NCBI GenBank assembly: GCA_963695335.1
Contig: OY968764.1
Location: 896,001-960,000 of the forward strand
From: an uncultured bacterium
GTDB lineage: Bacteria; Babelota; Babeliae; Babelales; Vermiphilaceae
Direction of reading: 5' to 3'
Length of the DNA: 64,000 nt
Position 1 is the first letter of the stretch. Every line of letters starts with the position of its first letter. Shown here one piece after another: positions 40,995 through 49,659 of this stretch. The notes below the pieces were generated by a model. That model had not been told where the DNA came from. It was given only the letters and a program-made list of their open reading frames with translations, and searched no databases. The translations under genes were made by a program, and so were the position numbers.

Positions 40995-43097
40995 TTATCT
41001 TGTTATTTTATCAATTGCAGCATTAAATTGGTCTATATTCTTATAAATATTAATTTTGTGTTCTTTTCCTTGTTGAGCTAAAAGAGCATTGATAAATTGT
41101 TTTTTTAAATCTTGTTCAAGTGCTAATTTATTTTCTAACACAACAGGATGCACAGGGTTTAATAATAATTCTGCTTTTTTAATTGCGTCATTGGTGTGAA
41201 TACTATTATCTTCTTCAGTTACATCTTTGTGCTGAGCGATGTCTATCAAAAGCTGTTGCCAAGACGCTTTTTCACATTCATAAGCTTCAATGCGGCTTTT
41301 CGCAGCTTTTATACATTTTTCCTCTTCTTTGATTCTTTGCTTTTTAAGTTCTAGTGTTTGCTTGTGTTCTTCTCTTGCTTGTATTTTTTTTGTTTGAGCA
41401 TTTTCTTTTTGTTGTTTTGCCGCAATTATTTCAGTTTGTTTTCTTGTTAAACGTGATTCTATGCTGTTGATAAATTTATCGCCATCAGGGTATTGTTCGA
41501 TGGCGTTTTTCATGATTGTAATTGCATCTTTTATAGAAGGAATAATATTATGTCTAAAGATTAAAAATTCTAATGATTGTTGCACAGTATTTAACCATGC
41601 TGCAATTTCTTTTACATTATTTGTATCTAAATTTTTAAATGTTCGTAAATGAGTTATAAAGGTAGTCCAACTCTGTTCTATAGCAAGTCTTTCGTTGGGA
41701 GTTACCGTCATAGTTTTGAGAATAGTTTGTAAATTTTCAAACCGTTTTTCATCTAATGCTTTTATATCTTTTTCCTCTTGAGATTCTCCACCATACCACC
41801 ATGTAGTTGCAGCAGAGGCAGCACCTTTGACAGCACCAATTGCTCTGCTGATAAGACCTTGTTCTTCAGGTGCTTCTTTTGCTTTTGGTTTGTGCGCAGA
41901 CGCTAATTCGCGCTTCATTCGTTCTAACTCTGCATTCATTTTTGCCTGTTCTGCTTCACGCATAGCTCTTTCGAGCGCCAATTTTTCTTCTAATTTTTTA
42001 TTTAATTGCAGCATTTGGCTTTCTGATATATTTGCCTGTTTAATAGCTTCTTGCACGGTAGCAGCAGTTTTGAGTTCAGCTTCTTTTTGTTTTTTTGCTA
42101 TTTCTTGTTGTTCAGCCTGCTTTTTCATAGCAGCAGTATATTCTTGTTGTGTTGGTATTTGTTGATTATATGGAATTGTAATGCCTGTTTCTGCGCTAAA
42201 TGCTTCTATTGCTTGATTAATGTTGATAGGGAACAATGTGCGATTGGCATTATGTTGTATAAGAGCAGATTCAAAGCCACTGAATAAACTTTCTTGTGTA
42301 TAATTTTGAAATAACAGATCTTTTGCTAATTCATACGTTTTAATGACCATGGATTCATTTAAGGTATTATTGCTTCCTGTTGTTGCAATCTGTTGCAAAA
42401 GATCATTCCATTCTTCAAGAATAGTTTTTTGAGTGATTGGCGCAGCTGCTGGCTCCGACTTCGCCAAGGCTTCGTCGGACAGGGCTGGGGCTCCTTCAAC
42501 TTCGATTGGAGCTGGAACAGTTTCAGCCACCGGTTCTGGTTTTGCTTCTTCTTTTTCAGCTTCTTTTGGAGTTTCAGCATCTTTTAATGTTGTAACATAC
42601 GCATCAATGGTATCATCAAATTCTTTAATGAGAGCATACGTACTTGCACTGAATTCATCTTCTTCTATTTTAATTTTCTCAGTTATTGTATTAAAAAATG
42701 CTGATTTAAGAGCTTCAGCAATAGTTTTATCTTGATTAAGAGCTTCTTTGGCGAGGGTAATTGCTTCTTCTTTCCAAGAATCGGTAGGAATGTTACTATT
42801 TTTATTCCAATGTTGGCCTAGCTCTTTGAGAGATTCTAAATGAGCATTCCATGTTTTTATAGCTTCTTGTTCAGGTGTAGCTGAGGTAGCTTGCCCTTCG
42901 GAGCTCGTAGAGCGTAGTAGGGATTCAGTTGTGATTTGTTCTTCAATATTGTCTTGTACATTTTCTTGAGACATTTCTGGAGAGGTTTCTGGGGTAATTG
43001 CACCAATAATAATATCTTTGGTCTCGTTTTCTTGATTAGAAATAGTGCCGACCACTAGTAAGACAGTTGCGATAACAAGATTTTTTGTTTTTTTCAT
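40995..43097 (-). CDS. Secreted coiled-coil hypothetical protein with two in-frame repeat insertions
   Basis: 700-aa ORF, N-terminal hydrophobic segment, AAGGGGG RBS. Confidence 0.75.
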   Translation of the reverse strand: MKKTKNLVIATVLLVVGTISNQENETKDIIIGAITPETSPEMSQENVQDNIEEQITTESLLRSTSSEGQATSATPEQEAIKTWNAHLESLKELGQHWNKNSNIPTDSWKEEAITLAKEALNQDKTIAEALKSAFFNTITEKIKIEEDEFSASTYALIKEFDDTIDAYVTTLKDAETPKEAEKEEAKPEPVAETVPAPIEVEGAPALSDEALAKSEPAAAPITQKTILEEWNDLLQQIATTGSNNTLNESMVIKTYELAKDLLFQNYTQESLFSGFESALIQHNANRTLFPININQAIEAFSAETGITIPYNQQIPTQQEYTAAMKKQAEQQEIAKKQKEAELKTAATVQEAIKQANISESQMLQLNKKLEEKLALERAMREAEQAKMNAELERMKRELASAHKPKAKEAPEEQGLISRAIGAVKGAASAATTWWYGGESQEEKDIKALDEKRFENLQTILKTMTVTPNERLAIEQSWTTFITHLRTFKNLDTNNVKEIAAWLNTVQQSLEFLIFRHNIIPSIKDAITIMKNAIEQYPDGDKFINSIESRLTRKQTEIIAAKQQKENAQTKKIQAREEHKQTLELKKQRIKEEEKCIKAAKSRIEAYECEKASWQQLLIDIAQHKDVTEEDNSIHTNDAIKKAELLLNPVHPVVLENKLALEQDLKKQFINALLAQQGKEHKINIYKNIDQFNAAIDKITR
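42454..42483. repeat. Type B 30-nt repeat inside CDS (peptide LSDEALAKSE)
   Basis: TCCGACTTCGCCAAGGCTTCGTCGGACAGG, GC-rich palindrome in an AT-rich gene. Confidence 0.8.
42890..42922. repeat. Type C 33-nt repeat inside CDS (peptide SLLRSTSSEGQA)
   Basis: 30/33 match to intergenic copy 24718-24750. Confidence 0.85.
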
Positions 43098-43197
43098 CGT
43101 ATCCCCCTTACTATGGTTCTTTAATACAGATACACATAATCATATTCACTATTGCAGAGTTTATTGTAAAAAAGCAACAAACCTTAAAAATTGTAAA

Positions 43198-43215
43198 TTT
43201 TGACAAATGTCAAAA
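43198..43215. promoter_or_regulatory. Perfect palindrome TTTTGACA-AA-TGTCAAAA (divergent -35 pair or operator)
   Basis: Located between divergently transcribed genes. Confidence 0.5.
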
Positions 43216-43277
43216 AGTGTGCAATCATTTTTAATGAATGGGATACAAAAAGAAGCCCATCGTCGCAAGGAGTCATA

Positions 43278-43385
43278 ATGTCTTATATATCACTTTATAC
43301 TAATTCAGTTCTATCGAGATCTTCTCTTTTCATATCGTTGTTTTCATATATGTCTGCCATGTGCAATTCTCTTATGATGGCCTAA
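43278..43385 (+). CDS. Putative 35-aa Ser/Met-rich leader peptide
   Basis: AAGGAG RBS, ATG; MSYISLYTNSVLSRSSLFISLFSYMSAMCNSLMMA. Confidence 0.4.
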   Translation: MSYISLYTNSVLSRSSLFISLFSYMSAMCNSLMMA

Positions 43386-43507
43386 AGGCCAAAATATTCT
43401 ATTTTTTACCCAATTTCTATTTTTTATACATTCATAGTTATTGATACATATCGTTTATATAGCATGTAAAGCGCTTTTATTTTTAATATGGCGTAGAGGA
43501 ATTATAT

Positions 43508-44263
43508 ATGAAACATTTTTTTGCATTACTTACTGATTTTGGTTTTGATTTTGCGGTCGCATCTATTAAAGGGGTTTTATTGAAAGCATTTCCTGATGCT
43601 CAGATTATTGATGTTGATCATACGATTGAAAAATTTAATTTGATCAATGCAGCATTTGTGATTGAAAAAATATATCGTTTTTTACCAAATAATACAGTTT
43701 TTTTGTGCGTTGTTGATCCAGGAGTCGGTAGCAACCGTGATATTTTGTGTGTGGAGTTAGGATCCTATCGTTTTATTGGACCAAATAACGGTATTTTTCA
43801 TTATCTCTTAAAGAAAGAAGGTGTGAAAATTTATAAAATCGAACAACAATGCTTTAATTCAGAATCAGTTACTTTTCATGGACGAGATATTTTTGCACCA
43901 GCAGCTGTTAGTCTTACTGCTGGTGATTTTTCTATATTGAATCCAATTGCTGATGACAAAATTGTACGATTGCATAATTTAGGTGATCAAATTAATAATG
44001 GAGTTATTACCTATATTGATAGCTTTGGTAATATAAAAACAAATATTACCGTGGCAGAAGATCTATATTCTGATGACTATGTTAATCTTGTGATTAATAA
44101 TCAAATACATAAAGTTATATTTACTCGCACATTTACTGATGTTGAATCGGGGGAATTGCTTTGCTATAAAGGAAGTAACGCTACTTTAGAGATAGCAGTT
44201 AATTTAGGTTCTGCTCAAGAAAAACTTGGTGTTAATGTTGGTACAGTAATTTCTCTTAATTAA
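43508..44263 (+). CDS. SAM hydroxide adenosyltransferase (DUF62; SAM halogenase/hydrolase family)
   Basis: LLTDFG, VVDPGVGSNR, GPNNG, TFHGRDIFAP, IDSFGN, LEIAVN. Confidence 0.92.
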   Translation: MKHFFALLTDFGFDFAVASIKGVLLKAFPDAQIIDVDHTIEKFNLINAAFVIEKIYRFLPNNTVFLCVVDPGVGSNRDILCVELGSYRFIGPNNGIFHYLLKKEGVKIYKIEQQCFNSESVTFHGRDIFAPAAVSLTAGDFSILNPIADDKIVRLHNLGDQINNGVITYIDSFGNIKTNITVAEDLYSDDYVNLVINNQIHKVIFTRTFTDVESGELLCYKGSNATLEIAVNLGSAQEKLGVNVGTVISLN

Positions 44264-44278
44264 ATAGGATATAAAATC

Positions 44279-45175
44279 ATGATTTTAGTTATTTTTATGT
44301 ACGCACTTTTTGCAAGTACTTTCACTCTTGGCAAGGCAGCACTATCATATGTGTCGCCATTTTTATTTATTGGTATGCGCATGATATTAGGTGGAAGTTT
44401 ATTGCTTGCGTATTATCGATGGGTTAAAAAACAAAAAATTGTAATAGATAAATCAGATTATAGACTGTTTTTGTGTATTGTATTGTTTCATATATTCCTT
44501 GCATACACGCTTGAATTTTGGGCGTTAGAATGTGTTACTTCAGCAAAGGCATGCTTACTTTATAATTTATCACCTTTTATTACGGCAATTTTTTCTTATC
44601 TTTTATTTTCAGAACGGTTATCATCTCGGCAAATATGTGGCTTAATTATTGGTTTTTTAGGATTTATTCCTATTTTGGTTGCTCAAACACCATTAGAAAA
44701 AATCGGTTTGCACGTCAGTTTTTTATCAATTTATGAGATAGCTCTGATTGCATCAGTCACTTCCAGTGCATACGGTTGGATGATGGTTAAACATTTAATG
44801 AGTAGAAAATATTCATTGTTGCTCATTAATGGCATCAGTATGACAGGTGGCGGAATTTTGGCACTACTTTTATCGCTCAGTACAGAAGGTTTTACAGGTC
44901 TTAAAGTAACTTCAGGTGAAGAACTGATGATGCTTGGTGGATATTGTTTTGCCTTGGTTATCATTGCAAATATTATTGGATACAATTTGTACGGTTACTT
45001 GCTCACCCGTTATTCAGCAACGTTTTTATCATTTGCTGGTTTTATAACACCACTTTTTGCGGCATTGCTTGGGTGGATGTTTTTGGGTGAACAAGTAACT
45101 TGGCATTTCTTTGCAACTATATCCATGGTAGTTCTTGGTCTGTATCTATTTCATGAGAAACGGTTGGCTCTTTAA
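44279..45175 (+). CDS. DMT/EamA family transporter
   Basis: ~10 TM helices in two EamA repeats; SPF, LFSER, FLGEQ. Confidence 0.9.
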   Translation: MILVIFMYALFASTFTLGKAALSYVSPFLFIGMRMILGGSLLLAYYRWVKKQKIVIDKSDYRLFLCIVLFHIFLAYTLEFWALECVTSAKACLLYNLSPFITAIFSYLLFSERLSSRQICGLIIGFLGFIPILVAQTPLEKIGLHVSFLSIYEIALIASVTSSAYGWMMVKHLMSRKYSLLLINGISMTGGGILALLLSLSTEGFTGLKVTSGEELMMLGGYCFALVIIANIIGYNLYGYLLTRYSATFLSFAGFITPLFAALLGWMFLGEQVTWHFFATISMVVLGLYLFHEKRLAL

Positions 45176-46259
45176 ATCTTTCATTATTAACCCATTGAGG
45201 TACCAATTTTTTTGCGTACGCCAAGTATGTCATAAGACCATTTCTTGCTATTTTTTGACCGTTAATAATACCAGTTGGTGGGAATGCTATCCCAATTCCA
45301 TATAAATCTTGCCCAATGATACCGTTATTTTCATCAAATAATAACTCAGATGATCCATTGACTAAAATTGGATTTGGTACATAACCAATTGCATAAATAG
45401 CTTTTGTGCAACGTGGTAATATAGCTTTTCTATTTTCAGGAGTGCTGAGTACGCGGCTTAAGTTGCTTGGCGGATTAACTTCAAGTACATTTTGTGCCCA
45501 TGCGGCTGTTGCGCCTTCTAATCCTGGAGCTCCGTAAAAATAAGGATCTATATAAAAATTAATAATTTCTTTAGTAGTACAATGTTCAGCTAAATATTTT
45601 AAGATAAGAATTGCCGAGTGCATTCCTCCAAAAACAGCAACACAATCATCGCAATTTACATATGTTGCCAATTTTTCTTTATTAAGCGCATCATCAAGTG
45701 GAATCTCTGGAATATCATAGTTAAGACTTTTTGGATAAGCACCAATTGCTAAAATCACTTTTTGTGCATTAATATCCCCATCAGTGCCATGTAACACCCA
45801 ATAATCACCGTTGTGATCGAGTGCAGGAATTGTATCTTGGAAAGAGTGAACTTGAGCGCGTAAATAAGCACAAAAATCTATTAAAGGATCAACAATAACG
45901 TGTAGGTGTTGGAATTCATCCATATTATATGTATAAAGTGCTTTTAGTGAAGGGGAATCGATATCTTTTAGAAATGGGCAGCCATGAACATACATTAATA
46001 AACGGCTTGTTTGTACGTTACCTGGTACATCGCGATAATATTTTCCCATTCTTCCAATATTAAATTCAGGGTCAATCCAGGCGATTGTTTCAGGAGCGAT
46101 GCCACATTCTAATAAATGTGCCAAAGCAGTGATACCTGCAACTCCTGCACCAATCACTGCCCATGAATAACAGTTAGGTTGTATATTACGTTGTATGTTA
46201 GAAAGGATACTGTTTTGCTGAGCAAGCAAAAGAATCAGTAATAAAAGTTTTGACTTCAT
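45117..46259 (-). CDS. FAD-dependent oxidoreductase with signal peptide
   Basis: WAVIGAGVAG, WIDPEF..GR, VILAIGA, GGMHSA, GIGIAFP. Confidence 0.85.
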   Translation of the reverse strand: MKSKLLLLILLLAQQNSILSNIQRNIQPNCYSWAVIGAGVAGITALAHLLECGIAPETIAWIDPEFNIGRMGKYYRDVPGNVQTSRLLMYVHGCPFLKDIDSPSLKALYTYNMDEFQHLHVIVDPLIDFCAYLRAQVHSFQDTIPALDHNGDYWVLHGTDGDINAQKVILAIGAYPKSLNYDIPEIPLDDALNKEKLATYVNCDDCVAVFGGMHSAILILKYLAEHCTTKEIINFYIDPYFYGAPGLEGATAAWAQNVLEVNPPSNLSRVLSTPENRKAILPRCTKAIYAIGYVPNPILVNGSSELLFDENNGIIGQDLYGIGIAFPPTGIINGQKIARNGLMTYLAYAKKLVPQWVNNERFKEPTVSHEIDTDQELPWI

Positions 46260-46417
46260 AAATGTCTTTACCATATTTTGCGATTTTTAATATTTTTTTT
46301 CTTTTTACTTTATAAAAGTTTGTTTTTCTAAAGCAATAGTTTTGTAATTCAATACTATTTTTATTGGACTGTAATGGTATACTTGGGCTGCGCATTTTAC
46401 ATAACTGAAACAGAAAG

Positions 46418-47617
46418 ATGATTATGAGAAGAAAAAAGCAATTATATTTTACAATGTTACACATGTTGTTGTGGTTTGGACTTTTGCAACCGGATGGGTT
46501 TGCTGAACACACATTAGTTAAGTATGAGTATGGATTTAAACCAATTCAGCAATTTATTGTAGGCAACAATGTTGTTGTGGTTGCCGAAGGTGGGCAACTG
46601 CAGCAAAATTCTATATCTCACACGATGAGTTATGTTGCTGACTGTTTTATAAAAATTCAGATTAAAGATATCTGTGTTTGCGCAGCACCAGATCAAAAGT
46701 TTTATTCATGCACCAGAAACGATTGGGTGAATGCGCAAGCATTGCATGTTTCAGAACAGTTGTTGTGCGGAAGTGGTAACATTGTTTCTGTTGATGCAGT
46801 GGAAATGGTGCATAAGCAACAAAAAATGCATGCTTTTACCGTTGAGACAAGTCATATCTTTTGTGTAACACCGTATGAAATTATTGCACATAATGTTGAT
46901 CCTGTTTTTACGATGGGAACTGCTACTGCTACTTTAGCTGTTGCATGCCCACCAGCAGGAATTGCTGCAGCTGTTGTGCAAGGAGTGGCATGGACTGTTC
47001 TTGGTTGTGTAATGTTTTGCAAACATAGAAAAGCTCATAGATATGAATTACAACATAAGGGTTGTTTTTCTCCTGAAAGTAGAAATGGTACAACAGCACC
47101 AATAGCAACTGGCTGTTATGAACCTGTGCAAAATGTTCCGATTGTTTGTGATATAAAAGCTGGTAAAGCAGATCTTCCTACTCAGTTTGTTCACGAAATT
47201 CCTGAAACTAATGTTGATAAAGGTTGTCAATTTCCTATCCATGTTGAACAACCTGTAACGCATCACGCTGCAACAACTCAAACTGAGAATGGTGAAAATA
47301 AGCGTTATGAGGGCCCTTGGTATAATCGAACAGAAGATTGGATTAAAGAGCATCCATTTGGGCAAAAAATAAAAGATTATTTGGAGCGTACGGAGCATAT
47401 TAATCAAGGAAAACGTGTTTTTAGAGTAACTAGGAAAATAGAAGGTTGCGATGGATTTAATAAAGGAGATTTTGTAGTTATTGATGGGCTACATAATGAT
47501 CACCTTGAAGTGTTTAATAAGCGAGGTAAGTGGATACGTGTTGCAAATTTTGATGGTACTATAAATCATGAAAAGACTACCCAAGGCGAAAAAGATCAGC
47601 GAGTTCCATTGGGTTAA
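46418..47617 (+). CDS. Secreted Hint-domain polymorphic toxin with putative RNase tip
   Basis: Signal peptide; GFAEHTLV...WVNAQAL...HIFCV...AHN Hint; hydrophobic segment; tip QGKRVF...DGLHNDHLEVFNKRG...NFDGTIN. Confidence 0.78.
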   Translation: MIMRRKKQLYFTMLHMLLWFGLLQPDGFAEHTLVKYEYGFKPIQQFIVGNNVVVVAEGGQLQQNSISHTMSYVADCFIKIQIKDICVCAAPDQKFYSCTRNDWVNAQALHVSEQLLCGSGNIVSVDAVEMVHKQQKMHAFTVETSHIFCVTPYEIIAHNVDPVFTMGTATATLAVACPPAGIAAAVVQGVAWTVLGCVMFCKHRKAHRYELQHKGCFSPESRNGTTAPIATGCYEPVQNVPIVCDIKAGKADLPTQFVHEIPETNVDKGCQFPIHVEQPVTHHAATTQTENGENKRYEGPWYNRTEDWIKEHPFGQKIKDYLERTEHINQGKRVFRVTRKIEGCDGFNKGDFVVIDGLHNDHLEVFNKRGKWIRVANFDGTINHEKTTQGEKDQRVPLG

Positions 47618-47630
47618 TGAAAGAAATAAT

Positions 47631-48005
47631 ATGCAAAAAAATATAATTGAAAAGTTACCTTTATATTGTTGCGGAGCATTGCAATATGAGGCAGAAGATA
47701 AATATTGCCCTGTTGAATATAGTTCAAAATGGCGAGAGTATACAATTCGAGACTTCAGTTCAACATCTAAATCTTTGATGATTTTTTGTCCTAATTGTGC
47801 TAGCAAATTACCAACATCATTACGAGATGAATGGTTTGATATATTAGAACAAGAATATGGACTAGAAGATCCATTGTATGATGATAAAAATAAAGTTGCC
47901 AAAGAATTCATGACTGACGAATGGTGGAAAAAACGTGAATTGATTGACAATAAAGAAAATACAGCTTCGATTTCTTTGCAAAAACCAATAAAATTTTTGT
48001 TTTAA
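47631..48005 (+). CDS. Putative immunity protein copy 1 (DUF6980-like, Cys-rich)
   Basis: YCC...REY...FCPNCASKLPTSLRDEWFDILE...TDEWWKKR. Confidence 0.75.
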   Translation: MQKNIIEKLPLYCCGALQYEAEDKYCPVEYSSKWREYTIRDFSSTSKSLMIFCPNCASKLPTSLRDEWFDILEQEYGLEDPLYDDKNKVAKEFMTDEWWKKRELIDNKENTASISLQKPIKFLF

Positions 48006-48034
48006 TGAACATATTGTTTTGGGATAAATGAATT

Positions 48035-48382
48035 ATGGAAGATTTGCTTAAAAAAATACATGAAGAAGTTGCAGAAGAAAGACGTAATTATAAAGGACCT
48101 TATTGTTGTTTAACAATGGATGCGGAATTAGCTAGAGGCGATGCACTTTTATATTATAGCCAACGTTATCGTGAATATGGAGTAAAAATTCCAAATTCAA
48201 CAGGTGGTATGTTGATGAATTATTGTATGTGCTGTGGTAAAAAGTTACCAACTTCTGTGCGTAGCGCATGGTTTGATATTTTAGAAAAGGAATACGGGTT
48301 TGAAGATCCCTTAGATGATGATAAAAATAAAGTACCACAAGAATTTTGGACAGATGAATGGTGGAAAAAGCGTGGACTTTGA
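48035..48382 (+). CDS. Putative immunity protein copy 2 (DUF6980-like)
   Basis: YCC...REY...YCMCCGKKLPTSVRSAWFDILE...TDEWWKKR; paralog of upstream gene. Confidence 0.78.
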   Translation: MEDLLKKIHEEVAEERRNYKGPYCCLTMDAELARGDALLYYSQRYREYGVKIPNSTGGMLMNYCMCCGKKLPTSVRSAWFDILEKEYGFEDPLDDDKNKVPQEFWTDEWWKKRGL

Positions 48383-48438
48383 ATCTGCTCAAAGTACTGA
48401 TATAATCATTGATAATCATTTTTTTAAAGGAGACAATC

Positions 48439-48915
48439 GTGAAGAAATTAGTGATAACGTGCTCAGCAGTACTTGTAACAACATGTTTACTTGTGAGCTG
48501 CAGAAGCACGAACGATGCAGGAAATAACAATACAATAGCGCAAACAGGGAATGCAAAGATGACACGTACAAGAAACGCTTCTGGTTTAGAATACGAAATT
48601 TTACAAGAAGGCAATGGTGCTAGTCCAAGAGCGGGCAATGTGGTAACAGTGCAATATACAGGTTGGCTTGATAATCAAGGGCAACCGGGTAAAAAGTTTG
48701 ATAGCAGCTATGACCGCAACCAACCATTCAGTTTTAGAATAGGTATTGGGCAAGTGATTCAAGGTTGGGATGAAGGCGTGATGACTATGAAAATTGGTGA
48801 AAAACGCCGCTTATTTATTCCATCAAACTTGGGATACGGTGCACGTGGTGCTGGTGCAGTAATTCCTGCAAATGCAAATCTTATTTTTGATGTTGAATTA
48901 CTCCAGATTTCATAA
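48439..48915 (+). CDS. FKBP-type peptidyl-prolyl isomerase, lipoprotein (Mip-like)
   Basis: GTG start after AAGGAG; lipobox LVSC; KFDSSYDR, VIQGWDEG, IPSNLGYG, FDVEL. Confidence 0.92.
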   Translation: MKKLVITCSAVLVTTCLLVSCRSTNDAGNNNTIAQTGNAKMTRTRNASGLEYEILQEGNGASPRAGNVVTVQYTGWLDNQGQPGKKFDSSYDRNQPFSFRIGIGQVIQGWDEGVMTMKIGEKRRLFIPSNLGYGARGAGAVIPANANLIFDVELLQIS

Positions 48916-48931
48916 TAATTTTGGAGCTGTT

Positions 48932-49219
48932 ATGAAAAATATAGCTTTTGTATTATTCATAAGTTCTTTAAGCATCAATGCTATGTTGCCAGATCATAAA
49001 ATGGATATGCATAAAAAACGATGTAAAGATGATTTGAATAAAGGCATGATATACATGGCGATGAATTGTTCTCCATTTGCATTCAAGACAATTCGTCAAG
49101 ATAAGAAGCTCTTGCCAATAGTTAGCTTTCTTGCAGTAGTACAAGGATATTTTTTATATGATAAATTTATGAATCATAGATCGGCTCAACGTGGTGAAAT
49201 TAATTGGCGTAGAGCTTAA
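48932..49219 (+). CDS. Small secreted/membrane hypothetical protein
   Basis: GGAG RBS; signal peptide INA-MLP; loosely similar to next gene. Confidence 0.6.
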   Translation: MKNIAFVLFISSLSINAMLPDHKMDMHKKRCKDDLNKGMIYMAMNCSPFAFKTIRQDKKLLPIVSFLAVVQGYFLYDKFMNHRSAQRGEINWRRA

Positions 49220-49293
49220 GTTGTAGTTATTAAAAATATAAAAGTAGGTCTTATTGAAAAAATAAGGCCTCTTTTTTTAAAGAGGAGATTATT

Positions 49294-49644
49294 GTGAAAT
49301 ATGCTTATTTAATCGTTGCATTAACGTTTGGATTTTTGGAAACTAATGCAATGAAGCATGAGAGTAGGGTTAGACTATCTGAGAAAAAATTAGTTAAAGA
49401 TGATTTAGCAGAATTTCATCAAAGTGTATATCGAGACAATATTATTATGAGTGGTGGACTACTTGGTATTCATTTACCGCTTTTAGGGTCTAAAAAATTT
49501 CGCCGAGGCCCAGATGCTCGCATAGGTGTTCCATTTGTGAGTTGCCTTGCAATCGGGTATACATTGTTATTATATAAAAGTGTGAAAGATTATAATTTGG
49601 CTAAGCAAGGTTTAAGGTGGCATAGAGAAATAGTTGTAGAATAA
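49294..49644 (+). CDS. Small secreted/membrane hypothetical protein
   Basis: GAGGAG RBS; signal peptide TNA-MKH. Confidence 0.65.
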   Translation: MKYAYLIVALTFGFLETNAMKHESRVRLSEKKLVKDDLAEFHQSVYRDNIIMSGGLLGIHLPLLGSKKFRRGPDARIGVPFVSCLAIGYTLLLYKSVKDYNLAKQGLRWHREIVVE

Positions 49645-49659
49645 GTATAGAAGGTTAAT

